A DNA stretch of 62,969 nt, the filler included, from Choristocarpus tenellus KU-1152 (taxonomy: Eukaryota > Protista > Phaeophyceae), in the NCBI GenBank assembly GCA_964200185.2. It is 9 parts of 9 records of this genome, joined end to end, with 100 filler letters (N's around TTAATTAATTAA, not from the genome) between each part and the next. Parts side by side here need not be neighbours in the genome. Positions count along the whole stretch, not along the records: positions 51,852 to 57,354 come from CAXNAD020010596.1; positions 57,455 to 62,969 come from CAXNAD020010554.1; 7 more parts are not named here. One strand, written 5' to 3'. The stretch's first letter is position 1; each line of letters opens with the position of its first letter. The notes under the pieces are model-generated. The model had not been told where the DNA came from, did not search any database, and worked only from the letters and a program-made list of their open reading frames with translations. The position numbers were made by a program, and so were the translations under genes. Shown one piece after another: positions 51,925-62,969 of the stretch.

Positions 51925-53646
51925 CTTGACAGTGTTGTCCTCAGAAAGGAAGACATTGTCTGGCTTGAGGTCCCGGTGAATTATTGGGCGGTGCCGTCCT
52001 CCCTTACCCAGCCGTCCGTGGCAAGCACCCAGGGCAACAACTGCCTGAGAGAGGAGTCGCCATAAGAACGCCTCTTCCAAGTACTCACTGCTCTCGTGCA
52101 TGGTGAAACATTTACATTGCAAGAAAAGGTCAATATTGACTCTCGTTTGTTGGGGTTTTCATGCTTCTTGGTTCTGTTAGTTTCAGCAGTCATTGCAAAG
52201 GTCGATAGAGGATCAAGTAGTGCAAAGTGCTTAAGCCTGGGGGGGAGTGAGCAGAGAAGATCAGGGGCACACATTTCTATGGGGAGGGGTATGGGATGCA
52301 GGCAAGTAGGTAGGGCAGTGGGCTGAGGTGGGATAAGATCTTTCCCTACTCAACGAATAGTGTTTTTTTCCTGTTCAAGTACAGTCCCCTGTTGTTGATT
52401 ATCACCGATTTTGATTCCCCTTCTCTTCCGTCCATCTCACCCCATTTTTTCACCCTTTGATCACTGGCAGCTGTATATTGATTATGATCAAGAGTTTGTG
52501 GTTTAAAATATAGTTCGAAGTATTCATTCATGTGTTGTGACAGTGAAGGTAATTTAGAGGGTGAACTCAAGTTTTATCACAGAAGAAGGATTTTTGAAAT
52601 CACAATCGTGCAGGTTAATCCTTGGTGCCTCGTATGAAATGTTGGTCAAGAATCGCAAAAGGTGCAACGTCCATGAGGGAGGAGTTGAGGGGGGTTAAGC
52701 GGGAGATGCCCATAGCCCAGCACTACAGCACCTAAATAGCCAGGCAAACCAATAGCACGAGCAGGTGTAAGATTGGGAGGGTCAATAGATATGCTGGACG
52801 ACAGTAGAGAATAATATGAACAGGGGAATGAGGAAGCACCAAATGAGTTCAATTGAATCTTTCTCGCTCACCCACGCTGCCTGCATTTCTTGATGACCTG
52901 ACCAAGATCAGTCCTGCAATATTCCATAACGATGTAAAGCTTGGTCTTCTTCCTGTCAACGATTCTGTCGTAATAGCGGACGATGAATGGATGGCGCAGC
53001 TCTCGAAGGATATTTACCTGTAGTATGCAATGCAATGGTGAGGAGTAGTCGTTATGGTCAGCGAGATGCGAGAAAGTCTGCGTGGTAAGACAAGATTGAG
53101 CTCTAGGATGCAAGGGGAGAGGCTGTAACCGCAAAGGTGTGATTAATGGGCGTGCAATGGATATTAGATATGTATGTATATATATATGAAAGATCATATA
53201 AGAAGCACTGTTGGAACCATTTAAAAGTCCACGAGGCATGTTATGTTCATAAACTGAGCGCCGAACAAGGAGATTTGAAACCTTGACTTTCAAGGGGAGG
53301 CTCCCAACCACGATGACTGGAGGAGGGCGAATAAAAATCTTGCTCCCCATCTGGGGGAGAGGGGGATGCGGTGAAAATGGTGTTGTCGGCAGAGTCTTTA
53401 CCAGAAAAGATGAGAACCAGGCGCCAACGGCCAGCTGGTCAGATTTGCCGGACAGGGGTTAACTCGGGGAGTTATTCGGGGGGAAAGGTTTACCTCCGCA
53501 ACAATTTGCTGCTTCTGCTTCTCATTAGCTGATCCGTAGTTCATTTCCTTCACCACTAGTGCTTTTCCGTCTGACTTCCGTCTTGCCTTCCGGACTACAC
53601 CGAAGCTGCCCCTTCCCAGGGTTTGTAGCAACTCATACTGGTCCAT
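51925..53646 (-). CDS. NEK2: NIMA-related Ser/Thr kinase (Nek2-like), N-terminal part
   Basis: Exons 53646-53494, 53017-52872, 52087-51925: GRGSFG, VVKEM.YG...KQQIVAE|VNILRELRHPFIVRYYDRIVDR..LYIVMEYC, HRDLKPDNVFL..NTVK; ends just before DFG at the linker. Confidence 0.93.
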
Positions 53647-54150
53647 CTCCCCAAAACCTCCACACGGCTCTTCCCCTCAACCCAATAGATCCAAGTTCAC
53701 TAGATGCTGGTGTTTAACGTTCTCACGAGGCGAGGCACCAACACATGCATGCCATACAGACAGGACATTCAAGTGTGTCTATCATCTCCCTCATTCAATT
53801 TCAAAAACATGCGCGCAACGCGCGAGTCAAAGAGAATGGTCAATACCCTATTGATCAGTTCGTCTAGACAAAGAAAGTATTAGAGTCAACAGACCAGACT
53901 GCATCTCTCATGTTTTCTTACACGCTTCGTTGTTGAAAGGAACGCCTACCAAGAAAGAGGGGTTCCTTACAGGTCTCTACAGGGCATTCAAACTGCAATA
54001 CTGTGCTTCTGGATCACAAAGATTTCCTGATTCGGCTTGATTCAAGGGTATTGGAGTCCCTGATACAAGTCCTAACAAGGGTGGTTCCAAATACCAGGTT
54101 GTCGACGGCAGGAGGAACCTGGCTTAAGTCGAAGTCGACAACCGAAGAGT
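53647..54150. promoter_or_regulatory. Putative bidirectional promoter between NEK and bactofilin genes
   Basis: About 500 bp between divergent start codons; CpG-retaining core CATGCGCGCAACGCGCGAG near 53808-53826. Confidence 0.5.
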
Positions 54151-56542
54151 ATGGGTGATATAGAAAAGGGTCTCTCTGCCCTCTTGTCACGGCCTTCAGG
54201 ACAAACAAACTTTACAAATGAGTCCCCCAAGAGAAAACCATCCAAGGCAAGGTTATGGCTCGGAGGTGGTCGGGGTAAGAGTCACGACCATATCGTGGGT
54301 GCAGGATCCATCTTTCAGGTATCATAAAGCAGTTATTCTTCGGTTTGTCGCTTATTCTCGATCTTAGAACGTACCTCTGTTAGTATACCCTGTTTTAGAA
54401 CTGATGTCTGCTTGTGGATCCTACAGGGAAAACTCGAGTTTAATGGCCTACTGCGGGTAGATGGGAGGTTCGAGGGTGTACTTAAACCCTCAGGTAGTTC
54501 AGGCATCTTCGTTGCCAAGTCTGGCATCGTAATGGGAGATTTAGAGGGCTTCAACACTGTTGTGGTGGATGGAAGTGTGTTTGGCAGTATCATCGCACAC
54601 ACCATCGAACTCCGACGGCAATCATACGTGGACGGGTAAGAATCTAGGTACGGGGCGATGGCCTTGATATTAACTGAGATATTAAAACTGTTTCCGTATG
54701 AGCAGGACTGGGATATCGTTGTTCGTCCTGTGCTTGCCAACACTCGTGTTACTACTAACATTTCGATTTGTTAGTCATTGATGTGGTCACGGGCTCGAGA
54801 AGGAAAGCAAGGGCGAGGGTAGAGTAGTGTAGGGCATGGTAGAAGAATGGGTAAAGGTTAGCTGAGATTGCCTTGGCACTGGTGCTGAGCCTTTCAGTGC
54901 AGGATCGAAGGACCTCTCATTTCTACATTCGAATGTTGACCTTTCGGTACCCAACAAAACATTAGAGGGTTATTTTGAAACACTCCTTGTATTCCAACCA
55001 CCACTCCTCTCACACCTATTCCATGGCACCTACTTCTCATACAGGTACCTGACCTGCATGGAGCTAGCAGCTGCTGATGGAGCCGTTTACCGGGGCAAGA
55101 CTGTGGGGGATGGTTCGTTCCTCTCCAGTGATCCTCTCGACACTTCCACCACCGTTGCTGTAAAATGTGCCTCATCCGGGGAGCCTATAATCTATCCAAG
55201 CAGTCTCAAAATGCCTACCAGCGAGATAGAGAAACCTCCATTGGTAACACCCCCCGCATCTGACTCTTTCAAGAATGCGTTCAAGTTACCAGAATCCCCA
55301 TCAACTGCCACCAATTCTGCTGCGCTCCATCCTTCGAAGACAAGAATGGGAGAAGGGAGTGGGGTTGGGGAAGCACCATTTTCGGGGTCAGATAGAGAAA
55401 TACTACATACATGCCCTGTTCTTAAAAAAGAGAGTTTAGGATCATTCGCTGGACTAGAAGATAAATCATCAGGTGGTGGAGGAGAAAGCAGGGCAGGGGT
55501 AGGGGCAGCACCAGACGATGCTTCAAGGGATACGATCCAGAGAGAGGTGAGAATGTGGAATGAAATGAAATCGTTTTATCTCTGGTATTACACGACATAG
55601 TAGAGAAACAACAGGAGGTATTGCAGTATCTTCTATGAGTAAGACATAACCATTCTTTGCAAAGGGCAAAGGTGCTTCATCACCCCATGGTGTTCTCAAC
55701 AGAGTTGGAGACAAGAGTGGTTGGGTTTGGGGATTGGGCAATTGAGTATTGGCAGTTGTCAGGATGGGTTACGTTTTTTTGTGGCAGTTTTGCGAAGGTT
55801 CCAACAGATGCCAAGGTTATGGCAGTGGGTAGGGTCAAGGCGGGGGTTGGGGTTGGGGTTAGGGTTACGGTTAGAGTTGGGGAAGTTGTATAGCTAGTAG
55901 AGCTGTTGTAACTTTCTGGGATTTTTTTGTTAATGGAAGTGCTAGATGTTGAGTGGAGAGGGATTTTTTTTGTCCAGGTTGGTAGGTGAATGCTGTCACA
56001 TGGTGATGGCAGAAGAAGACAGAACCCCCCCCCCCACACACACATGCGCACGCCTGACATTTGCTTCTCTGGCGACTGTAGGTGATAGAGGGTGGTAGAG
56101 GAGTAGGCGTCAATCCCCAATACTTTGCCATCCTTCCCCTGCCCCTCTCCCTGTCAGTCGTGGTTACTATTTCATTGATGATGATAGACACTTCCTTGGG
56201 GAGGTTTCAACTTCGCCCCCCATCATTGGTGGCTGTATCTTCAAAGAGTGCACCGCACCAGCCATTGCCTTGATTTGTTAGCCTTGTGAATGTAATGGTG
56301 TGCTTTGGAATCTGTTCTGGTTGGTGTAGTTGCTGGGATCATGTTGCATTGTTAGTATTGTTGGTGTTGTTAGTAATACCTTTGTCAAGGTTGCTAGAAC
56401 CCCTCCAAAAGCCGTTGGCGTGGGTAGTTCTTTCGCTACCTGTTGTAGAGTAGAGCCAGTTTTTTTATTATCATTGTTGCACCCTCAATCGCATGACAGC
56501 AATCTAATCTACCAATCTCTTCACTTTTCTGCAATGCTGTGC

Positions 56543-56588
<46 letters not shown>

Positions 56589-57261
56589 AGCCCCCCCCCA
56601 CTCCCGAGCTGCCCGCCGGGGGGGAGGGAGGAGTGCGCANNNNNNNNNNTCGCTTAACAGAAATCTAATCTTCCAATCTCTTCCCTTTTCTGCAATGCTG
56701 GCCACCCCCCCCCCCCCCCCCTCCACCCCCCCTACACAATGCATCTATTTCCCCTTGAGCTAAGGACAACAAAACCTTTGAAAGCACTTGTCAGAGGATA
56801 GGGTGGTATTCTTTTCGTTGCATGTGAAAGCTTGCTTCCTGTTAATCTACACCGTTCCCCCCCCCCTGCCCACCTTTGTCTTGTTTGTGCTACGAGACTG
56901 GTGCCCCGTACCCTGTGCTTAGTGAGTACGATGGTTGGGTTTATGTTCCCTTGACCAAGTAGAGACTCTCTTGCATTGCTATCAGTCTCGAGAAGATGGT
57001 TTTCGTTTGTTTTGTCAACATAATTTCAAAGCCAAACCCAGATACAGATACAAGTGCACGACCCCGTGGAGCATGTGCTTTTTGGAAAAATGTTTAATCG
57101 TTTTTTTTTTCTGTTACAAATCTTGAGCAGGCGTCCGCGGTGGATCTCTCTTCTCGGTCGTTGACAAAATCGTTCGACCAGGTGGCTCTGCTGCTAAATT
57201 TTGACGAGGATTTGGCCTTTGAGGAACACCTGCAGACTGAGTACTCAGCAGAGAATTTGTG
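54151..57261 (+). CDS. Bactofilin (polymer-forming cytoskeletal, DUF583) protein with putative C-terminal RGS domain; 3' truncated
   Basis: Exons 54151-54318, 54427-54635, 55045-55546 give HIVGAGSIFQ|GKLEFNGLLRVDGRFEGVL..IFVAKSGIVMGDL..VVVDGSVFGSIIAHTIELRRQSYVDG|YLTCMELAAADGAVYRGK (bactofilin beta-helix). Phase-0 exon 57131-57261 gives SFDQVALLLNFDEDLAFEEHLQTEYSAENL (RGS motif). Confidence 0.8.
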
Positions 57262-57454
57262 GTAGGATGTGTGTGCGTGTGTGGGTGTGGGTGTGTGTGG
57301 GTGTGGGTGTGTGGGTGTGTGGGTGTGTGGGTGTGTGGGTGTGTGGGTGTGTGGNNNNNNNNNNNNNNNNNNNNNNNNNNNNNNNNNNNNNNNNNNNNTT
57401 AATTAATTAANNNNNNNNNNNNNNNNNNNNNNNNNNNNNNNNNNNNNNNNNNNN

Positions 57455-59194
57455 CCCCACCATCCTCACCTCATCCAAACCTCCAGTCCTTCTGCTCCCC
57501 CCTCCCCCTGCACCCAAGTCACTTACAGAACTGCTGCTTGATCTGAATCTGTCACATCCCTCTGTGAACTGTAGGAGGGTACTAACATCATTGTTTGTTG
57601 GGTTCTCCCTCTCCCCACCCCCCAACCCTCTCCCTGTCTGGCACGGGACTGCTAGTAGGCTACTTGAGCTTGTAGGCTGTGTGAGCGCACCTGACAAAGC
57701 GAGCCTCTGCTTGATCTGGAGAAGGGGGAGGGGGGGAAGTAGGGGAAAAGAAATTGGTTCGAATATGTTTCCTCAAAATGTCAAGGATGGTTTCGCATTT
57801 GAACTCTAGGGATTTGCATTATGGACAGTGCAAATGCCGAACTACACTGATCATTAGTTAAATTCAGGGATTTGGAACAGTCTACAAAAGCTCGCTAGCA
57901 GACCTACGCTAGTTGGGAGGCAAAGAGTGTAGTCATTGCATTGGAGTCCTAAAAAGGTGGGCATCATTAAGATGGCATTGGGTTTGTTATTGAGGCAACT
58001 TGTGAACCTAGTAGGGCCTGCCGTATTTCTTGCAAGTGCAACTGTGATGAGGGTGGAGGAGGCGTAATTGCCTTGCAGCATTCCTCTCACCCCTTGTTGT
58101 TGTGTGTACCAATTGGAGGGTTGCTGGAGGGTAGGTAGTTTCGCAGAGGCATCGAAGTGGGAGAGATGGTATGGGTTTTCCAAATTGGCACTCATGAGCG
58201 AAGTATCGATTTCGTTTGCATGAGTCCGCAACTTTGGTTGGCGACGCATGCGCTTCGAAGTTGTGCCCTCATTGTTCCTAACACTCTCACTTCTCCCCAT
58301 CTCCCATCCCTCTTCTGTTTTGACCAACACAGTTCTGCTATCGGGCAATGGTGTCGGCGGATGTCGATTCCTTTTTGCTTCACCCACCAGATTCATTACC
58401 TCACTTTCCCATTGCCCCCCTAATCCCCTTTCCTGAAGATACCCCACTTGTCCTCCCTGTTCCTCTGTCGAGCTCAGCCCTTGCGGTATATGTCCGTGAC
58501 TTGACCGTGCCCCTACCCCTGACAGCGAAGTGGTCGCAGACATCGATGTCTCCAAGTCCCCAGTTGTTGAAACTTGCGTTTGCATTGAACTTCGCCAGCT
58601 CGATAGGTCCTCAATAAACTTAACCCCTCGCTCTTCCGTGGTATGGAAAGCCATTGACTCCCCCCTGATACCAAATGGTGTGAACGATGGTGGCGAAATC
58701 CCATTACCTCCTCCTGCCCAACCAGTAGAGTAACCACCAGACTGTTTTCCGCTAGACAAGTCTCTTCCGAGGTCAACACCACCACCACCACCACCACCAC
58801 CACCACCACCACCACTTCCACTTCCACTTGTGGATCCTCCAACCCTCCTAGTGTGCGACCTTGAATGCTCCCAAGGAGAGGACAATATTGGCCCCCACAA
58901 CAAGGACTCAGTATCGATAGTCTCCTCCCTTTCAAAGTTCGCCACCAAAGGGGTCACTACATCTCTGCCATCCTCAGAGAAATCGTTGGCAATTGTACAG
59001 CTCCTTAAGCCATTCGTTGTTCGTGCCGTCATTGAAGCATGAAATTTTCGTGAGAGGTTTTCATGACTCCCCTGCATTGACCTGCTATCAATCACACTTT
59101 GGTCTACCACTTGCCCAGATTCCCCACAGTGTGGTTTTTCCCCCATTCGGCCGTCAGCCCTGACAATGATTAAAGGCTGTTTGTCTGGCATCAA
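57455..59194 (-). CDS. Large low-complexity (Ser/Gly-rich) hypothetical protein, partial
   Basis: Open exon about 59194-58091 (368 codons, poly-Gly from a GGT repeat) with GTGAGA donor, spliced in phase 0 to 57706-57455; upstream exons may lie in 59400-62700. Confidence 0.65.
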
Positions 59195-62100
59195 CTAGCA
59201 GGCCCTGGAATCCCTACACCTCTTTAGGGTTGTACCACTCAGTTGTTGTGTTCGTAGCACACACAAAGCGAAACTGAGAGTACAACTTTCTTCCGACAAC
59301 CACTTGATGTAATTATGGCTTCTCTCCTTTCGCTAAAAGAAAATCCCATATCATCCATCCATATATATGGTGTAGACCTAGGCTGTTGAGGTCACTAATT
59401 ACCTAATGAATTCCTCCCCTTGATACTGTCCTTTGTACAAAAGATTGTATACACAAACAGATCATGCGACAAAAGGAAAAGGGTTGCTTGAGATAACAGG
59501 GATCAGACTCTTCAGCCTGTAGACCACAGACACAAATTGATGGTGACGAACATGAAGACCTATCTGAAAAAGTCAAATATATTCCTACTTTCGATTTCCG
59601 ATCTCCACACCTTGAAAAATTGAACATAGAATAGAGAATAGAAACTTGAATGCAACAATAGTATATTTTAGGACCACTGACATTTGAATGGATGATAGAA
59701 ATTTATTGTGAATAGAACATAGATTGTCTCCACATTAGTCCGCTGAACCAGAACCATTTATATTGTATTCAGTTTAGAATTCGTTACAGTGGTATCACTA
59801 ACAAAATGCAGTTAACAGTATATAAAATTTATTATTTATTGTATCGTTTTCGGTAGGTTTTATACCATCATATCAAACCTCTATATGATAACGATTTCCG
59901 AATTTATTCCAAACTTGCGGAACGGGAAATTTCTGTATTTTGGACGGACCCTCCGACCCTAAAAAGCTTCTATTATATAATCTTAATTATAATATACAAT
60001 CAAAATAAAGAGGGAAATTAGAATTCAATCTAAGGGTATTGTGGAGAAACAAAATTCTCCCAAGAAATGGAATGGATAGAGTCGATTGGCATATGCATTT
60101 CCAAGAGGAAAAAGAACAGAAAGGTAGGTGTGTATATACATAATACAAAGTAGGAAAGATGAAACTTGTTTTGTTGACATATGGGAGTTGTTTTGTCTCA
60201 TACTCTCCAGGTCCAAAAAAGTACTATCAGGAAGTGATGAGATTAACTTTGGACATGGGTTGGACGATCAATCCACCCAATAATCTTGCTGATGGGACAA
60301 CTTGGTGATTCTGTGAAGTTTTGTTTCCAAGCACCTGTTTATGGTGATGAAACCTATGCAAAACATGCATTTGGGACCAGGTTGCTTCGACAGGCATAAG
60401 AGGCGGTAGCACATTGGCCTTTGGTTATCAAAACGAGAGGAATACCACTTCAAGCAAGAATAATGCTTACTGCTTTACATGGAACCGAAGTTAATATGTT
60501 GTTGTGCTGCAGTACTGTACAACATGGGGGTTGGAATGGACTCTCATGCTCAAGAGTGGGTGGCGCTTTTAATGCAGTAAGCAGACGTCACAAATGGAAG
60601 ATCGCACTACAGTGAGAAACTTAAAGTGACTCGAAACCCAGTGGAGTGAACTAGCTATCTGGAATTAGTCGTCGGCCATTGTTAGCATGCGCAAAAGGTC
60701 GAGTTTAGTGGTCACCAAGTTTGGTCTGGTCCCTTCTTGTGTACAAGTACCTTCATCCATTAAAATTTGATTGAGCTTTACGCCTACATCCTTCTCTTCT
60801 CTTAATGCAGAGGCTTCTTCAAATGTATAGTGCACCATTACTCAGAGGAAACCTACTTTGAACTGACCCCTCATAGCCCAAAAAACGTACTTAGTTTGAA
60901 ATGTTTGGGTTTTTACAACTAGCCTTGAGGGCTCAGCCACGGAATTTTGTATCGGTGTGCGCTGTCCCAACGCAAGCACAGGTACTTTCAAGAGTGCACA
61001 AGTGACGAATTAGTGTAGACATTATAGGTAACCCCCAAGAATGTTGTAATGAAATGGTACGTTGTTGCGTATATTCTGGGTTAGCTGCCCCCCCCCCCAT
61101 TCCCAAGCCACTATGTACCGTGGTCAAGCTTACATTCCATACAGTGTATCGAGTTCAATGTATACTATTTTTTATTTTGAAATTGTCCTAGAAAGGAAAT
61201 GCAGCATAGTCCCCAAGTTAGCATTGATAATATGCCATACAACTTATTTTACGCCTGAAGGGATTTTTCAACTCAGGTTATGTCTCTTGGGCACTGTTGG
61301 TTGCTGCCGTGTAGTCTCAAGAGCAAATAGGATCAGCCAAGATGGGGAGGTTTGTTTCAGTGACTCTTTTTGACTGAAGGGTATCTGATTCTGGTGTAGA
61401 GCACTGTATGCGAAATGTTCCACATTTCCTGAATGATGACTCATTTTGGAAATGTGAAGTAATGTCATATGTTACAGTGATGTAGGATATATTCCGAATT
61501 ATATGGAAATACTTCAAACAACAGAGAAATATACCCACTGTCACGGACTCCTTGCATTGTTTGTGACAATGAAGCATGAACCAGGTGCAAGGGCAAGTGT
61601 TTATGGCATATTAAAGTATTTAATATTGATAACGTTTCTGGAGTTGTGTTGGGAAAGGCTTTACTGGGAGCCATTGCTATCATGCAGATAAGCTGTCCAG
61701 CTTGGGGCTGGTGGGATGATCGTGAAATTCATGTGGAGTTTCGTACGTCAGTTCTTGTTTATGAATACAATGGAAAATAATACAAAGATCTGTCTCACTG
61801 CATTCACATCTTCGTTTTTAAAATGTTTAACTGAAATTCGTGTAGAGAATGTGGAAGTATTGCGCTTGCAATGTCCAATGACACACTGCTTTCGCTGCTT
61901 CCCACACTTGCAGGAAGTGCAAGTGTGAGTTTTTGCGACGAAAGGATCACAGCAATATGAGAGTGTGTTCACCTTCTATTATTGAGCAACATCACATGTT
62001 TAGATAGCTGCAACAGATACTTTGAGCAGTGAGCCCTGCATTTCTGATGCCGATCTCTGTGGAGTAACCCCTTCCATAGAAAGTTATCATGGTCATAATG

Positions 62101-62897
62101 TCATTAAACTCAGCCTGCCAATACTCAACGATCGCCTCAGATCTCTTCGCTTGGAAAACCAAAGCCTTCATTGGCAGGGAAATCTGCTTGCTGCTGGATC
62201 CAGTGGTCTTTCAAACGCTAGAGTTGACAAAGTGACAATCATTGAGGTTATTTTAAAGCAAGTCCGCGCAGCTTTAAGGTACAAAATTGCAAACATGTGT
62301 ACAATCTTGTAGAATCACATATCAACGAGCTTCACACCTTCCTCATGCACCACCCAACATGAATGAATGGGATCATAGTGCACCAATTTATCAGTGAATA
62401 GTAGTGGCTCCCCAGGTGTGTCCACTATGAAATCCAATTTGTTGAGGAAAGGCAGCCCCACTATAGAATATACGAAGCTACATCCATTTAGGAGATACAC
62501 GAGCTCAAACAGAGCCACGTTGGTGCTCTCAAGTCACGGGACCTCTATAGATTTCATTTGTCCCCATCACATACAGCTGAATACAATCGGTTGACACACG
62601 TAATCACTTTTTTCCTGTCCTTGCTTCTTCTGAACTGTCACATCAAGTATTATCCTCTCCACAAGCCTTGATGTGCCCTGTCTCCATACACAGCAGTATG
62701 TGCGTCCACTGATCATTGTCAATGGATACCATTATGCATTGTTCGAGGCTCTGGTTCCAATATATCTGTGAAGTGATTTACAGAAGTGGTGAATGAATAA
62801 CCAGGAGCAGGGTGAGGGGGGGAAGGATTGAAGGGATGATAACGGTCCAGCATGGAAGGACAGTGTTCATGTTTCATCTGTACTGATATTGTAAATT

Positions 62898-62969
62898 GAC
62901 CCAAAGTATCTGGGGGGGGGGTGGCGGCTGTCCATTTGGGGCCAATTTTTCCATGTCGCGATTTTTGGG
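62898..62969 (+). mobile_element. MITE family 2, left end
   Basis: GACCCAAAGTATCTGGGGGGGGGGTGGCGGCTGTCCATTTGGGGCCAATTTTTCCATGTCGCGATTTT matches the 13507 copy. Confidence 0.85.

Noticed and set aside
47393-53646. Convergent pairing of the secreted-protein gene and the NEK gene
   Set aside because: They are separated by an artificial linker at 51752-51851, so adjacency is unproven
56500-56730. Direct repeat around poly-C tracts and poly-Pro/poly-Gly ORFs
   Set aside because: The same sequence read twice on each side of a 10-N gap in a homopolymer; likely an unmerged overlap, which supports continuity of the intron. Similar low-quality tracts lie at 46050-46100 and 50713-50860
12467-57454. 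Recurrent TTAATTAATTAA palindrome between N runs as a biological motif
   Set aside because: Identical 100-bp linker with six-frame stops; an assembly artefact. ORFs ending in X..LIN come from it
385-62904. Most 60-120 aa ORFs in the supplied track
   Set aside because: Many start at non-ATG codons and lie in introns, MITEs, microsatellites or antisense to real exons; consistent with chance ORFs

Overview
Eukaryotic, intron-rich genomic DNA. Gene style, TE families and TTAGGG-type repeats point to a stramenopile, most like a brown alga or close relative (inference). The window is nine sequence pieces joined by eight artificial 100-bp N44-TTAATTAATTAA-N44 linkers, so adjacency across linkers is not biological and several genes are cut off. 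Hand-spliced genes: a complete 8-exon class-II glutamine amidotransferase (YafJ-like, 31784-37332), the 5' part of a probably plastid-targeted N-acetylglutamate synthase (43920-45064), the 5' part of a NIMA/Nek2-type kinase (53646-51925), and several unknown proteins. Head-to-head with the kinase is an intron-containing bactofilin gene whose next phase-compatible exon (57131-57261, missed by the ORF track) encodes the start of an RGS domain. This putative bactofilin-RGS fusion is the most interesting item. Non-coding DNA holds two related MITE families with 4-bp TSDs (Sola-like; 14 copies or fragments, one nested), Copia, Gypsy and RLE-type non-LTR remnants, a long-TIR foldback element, and repeats whose variation falls at CpG sites, suggesting host CpG methylation.
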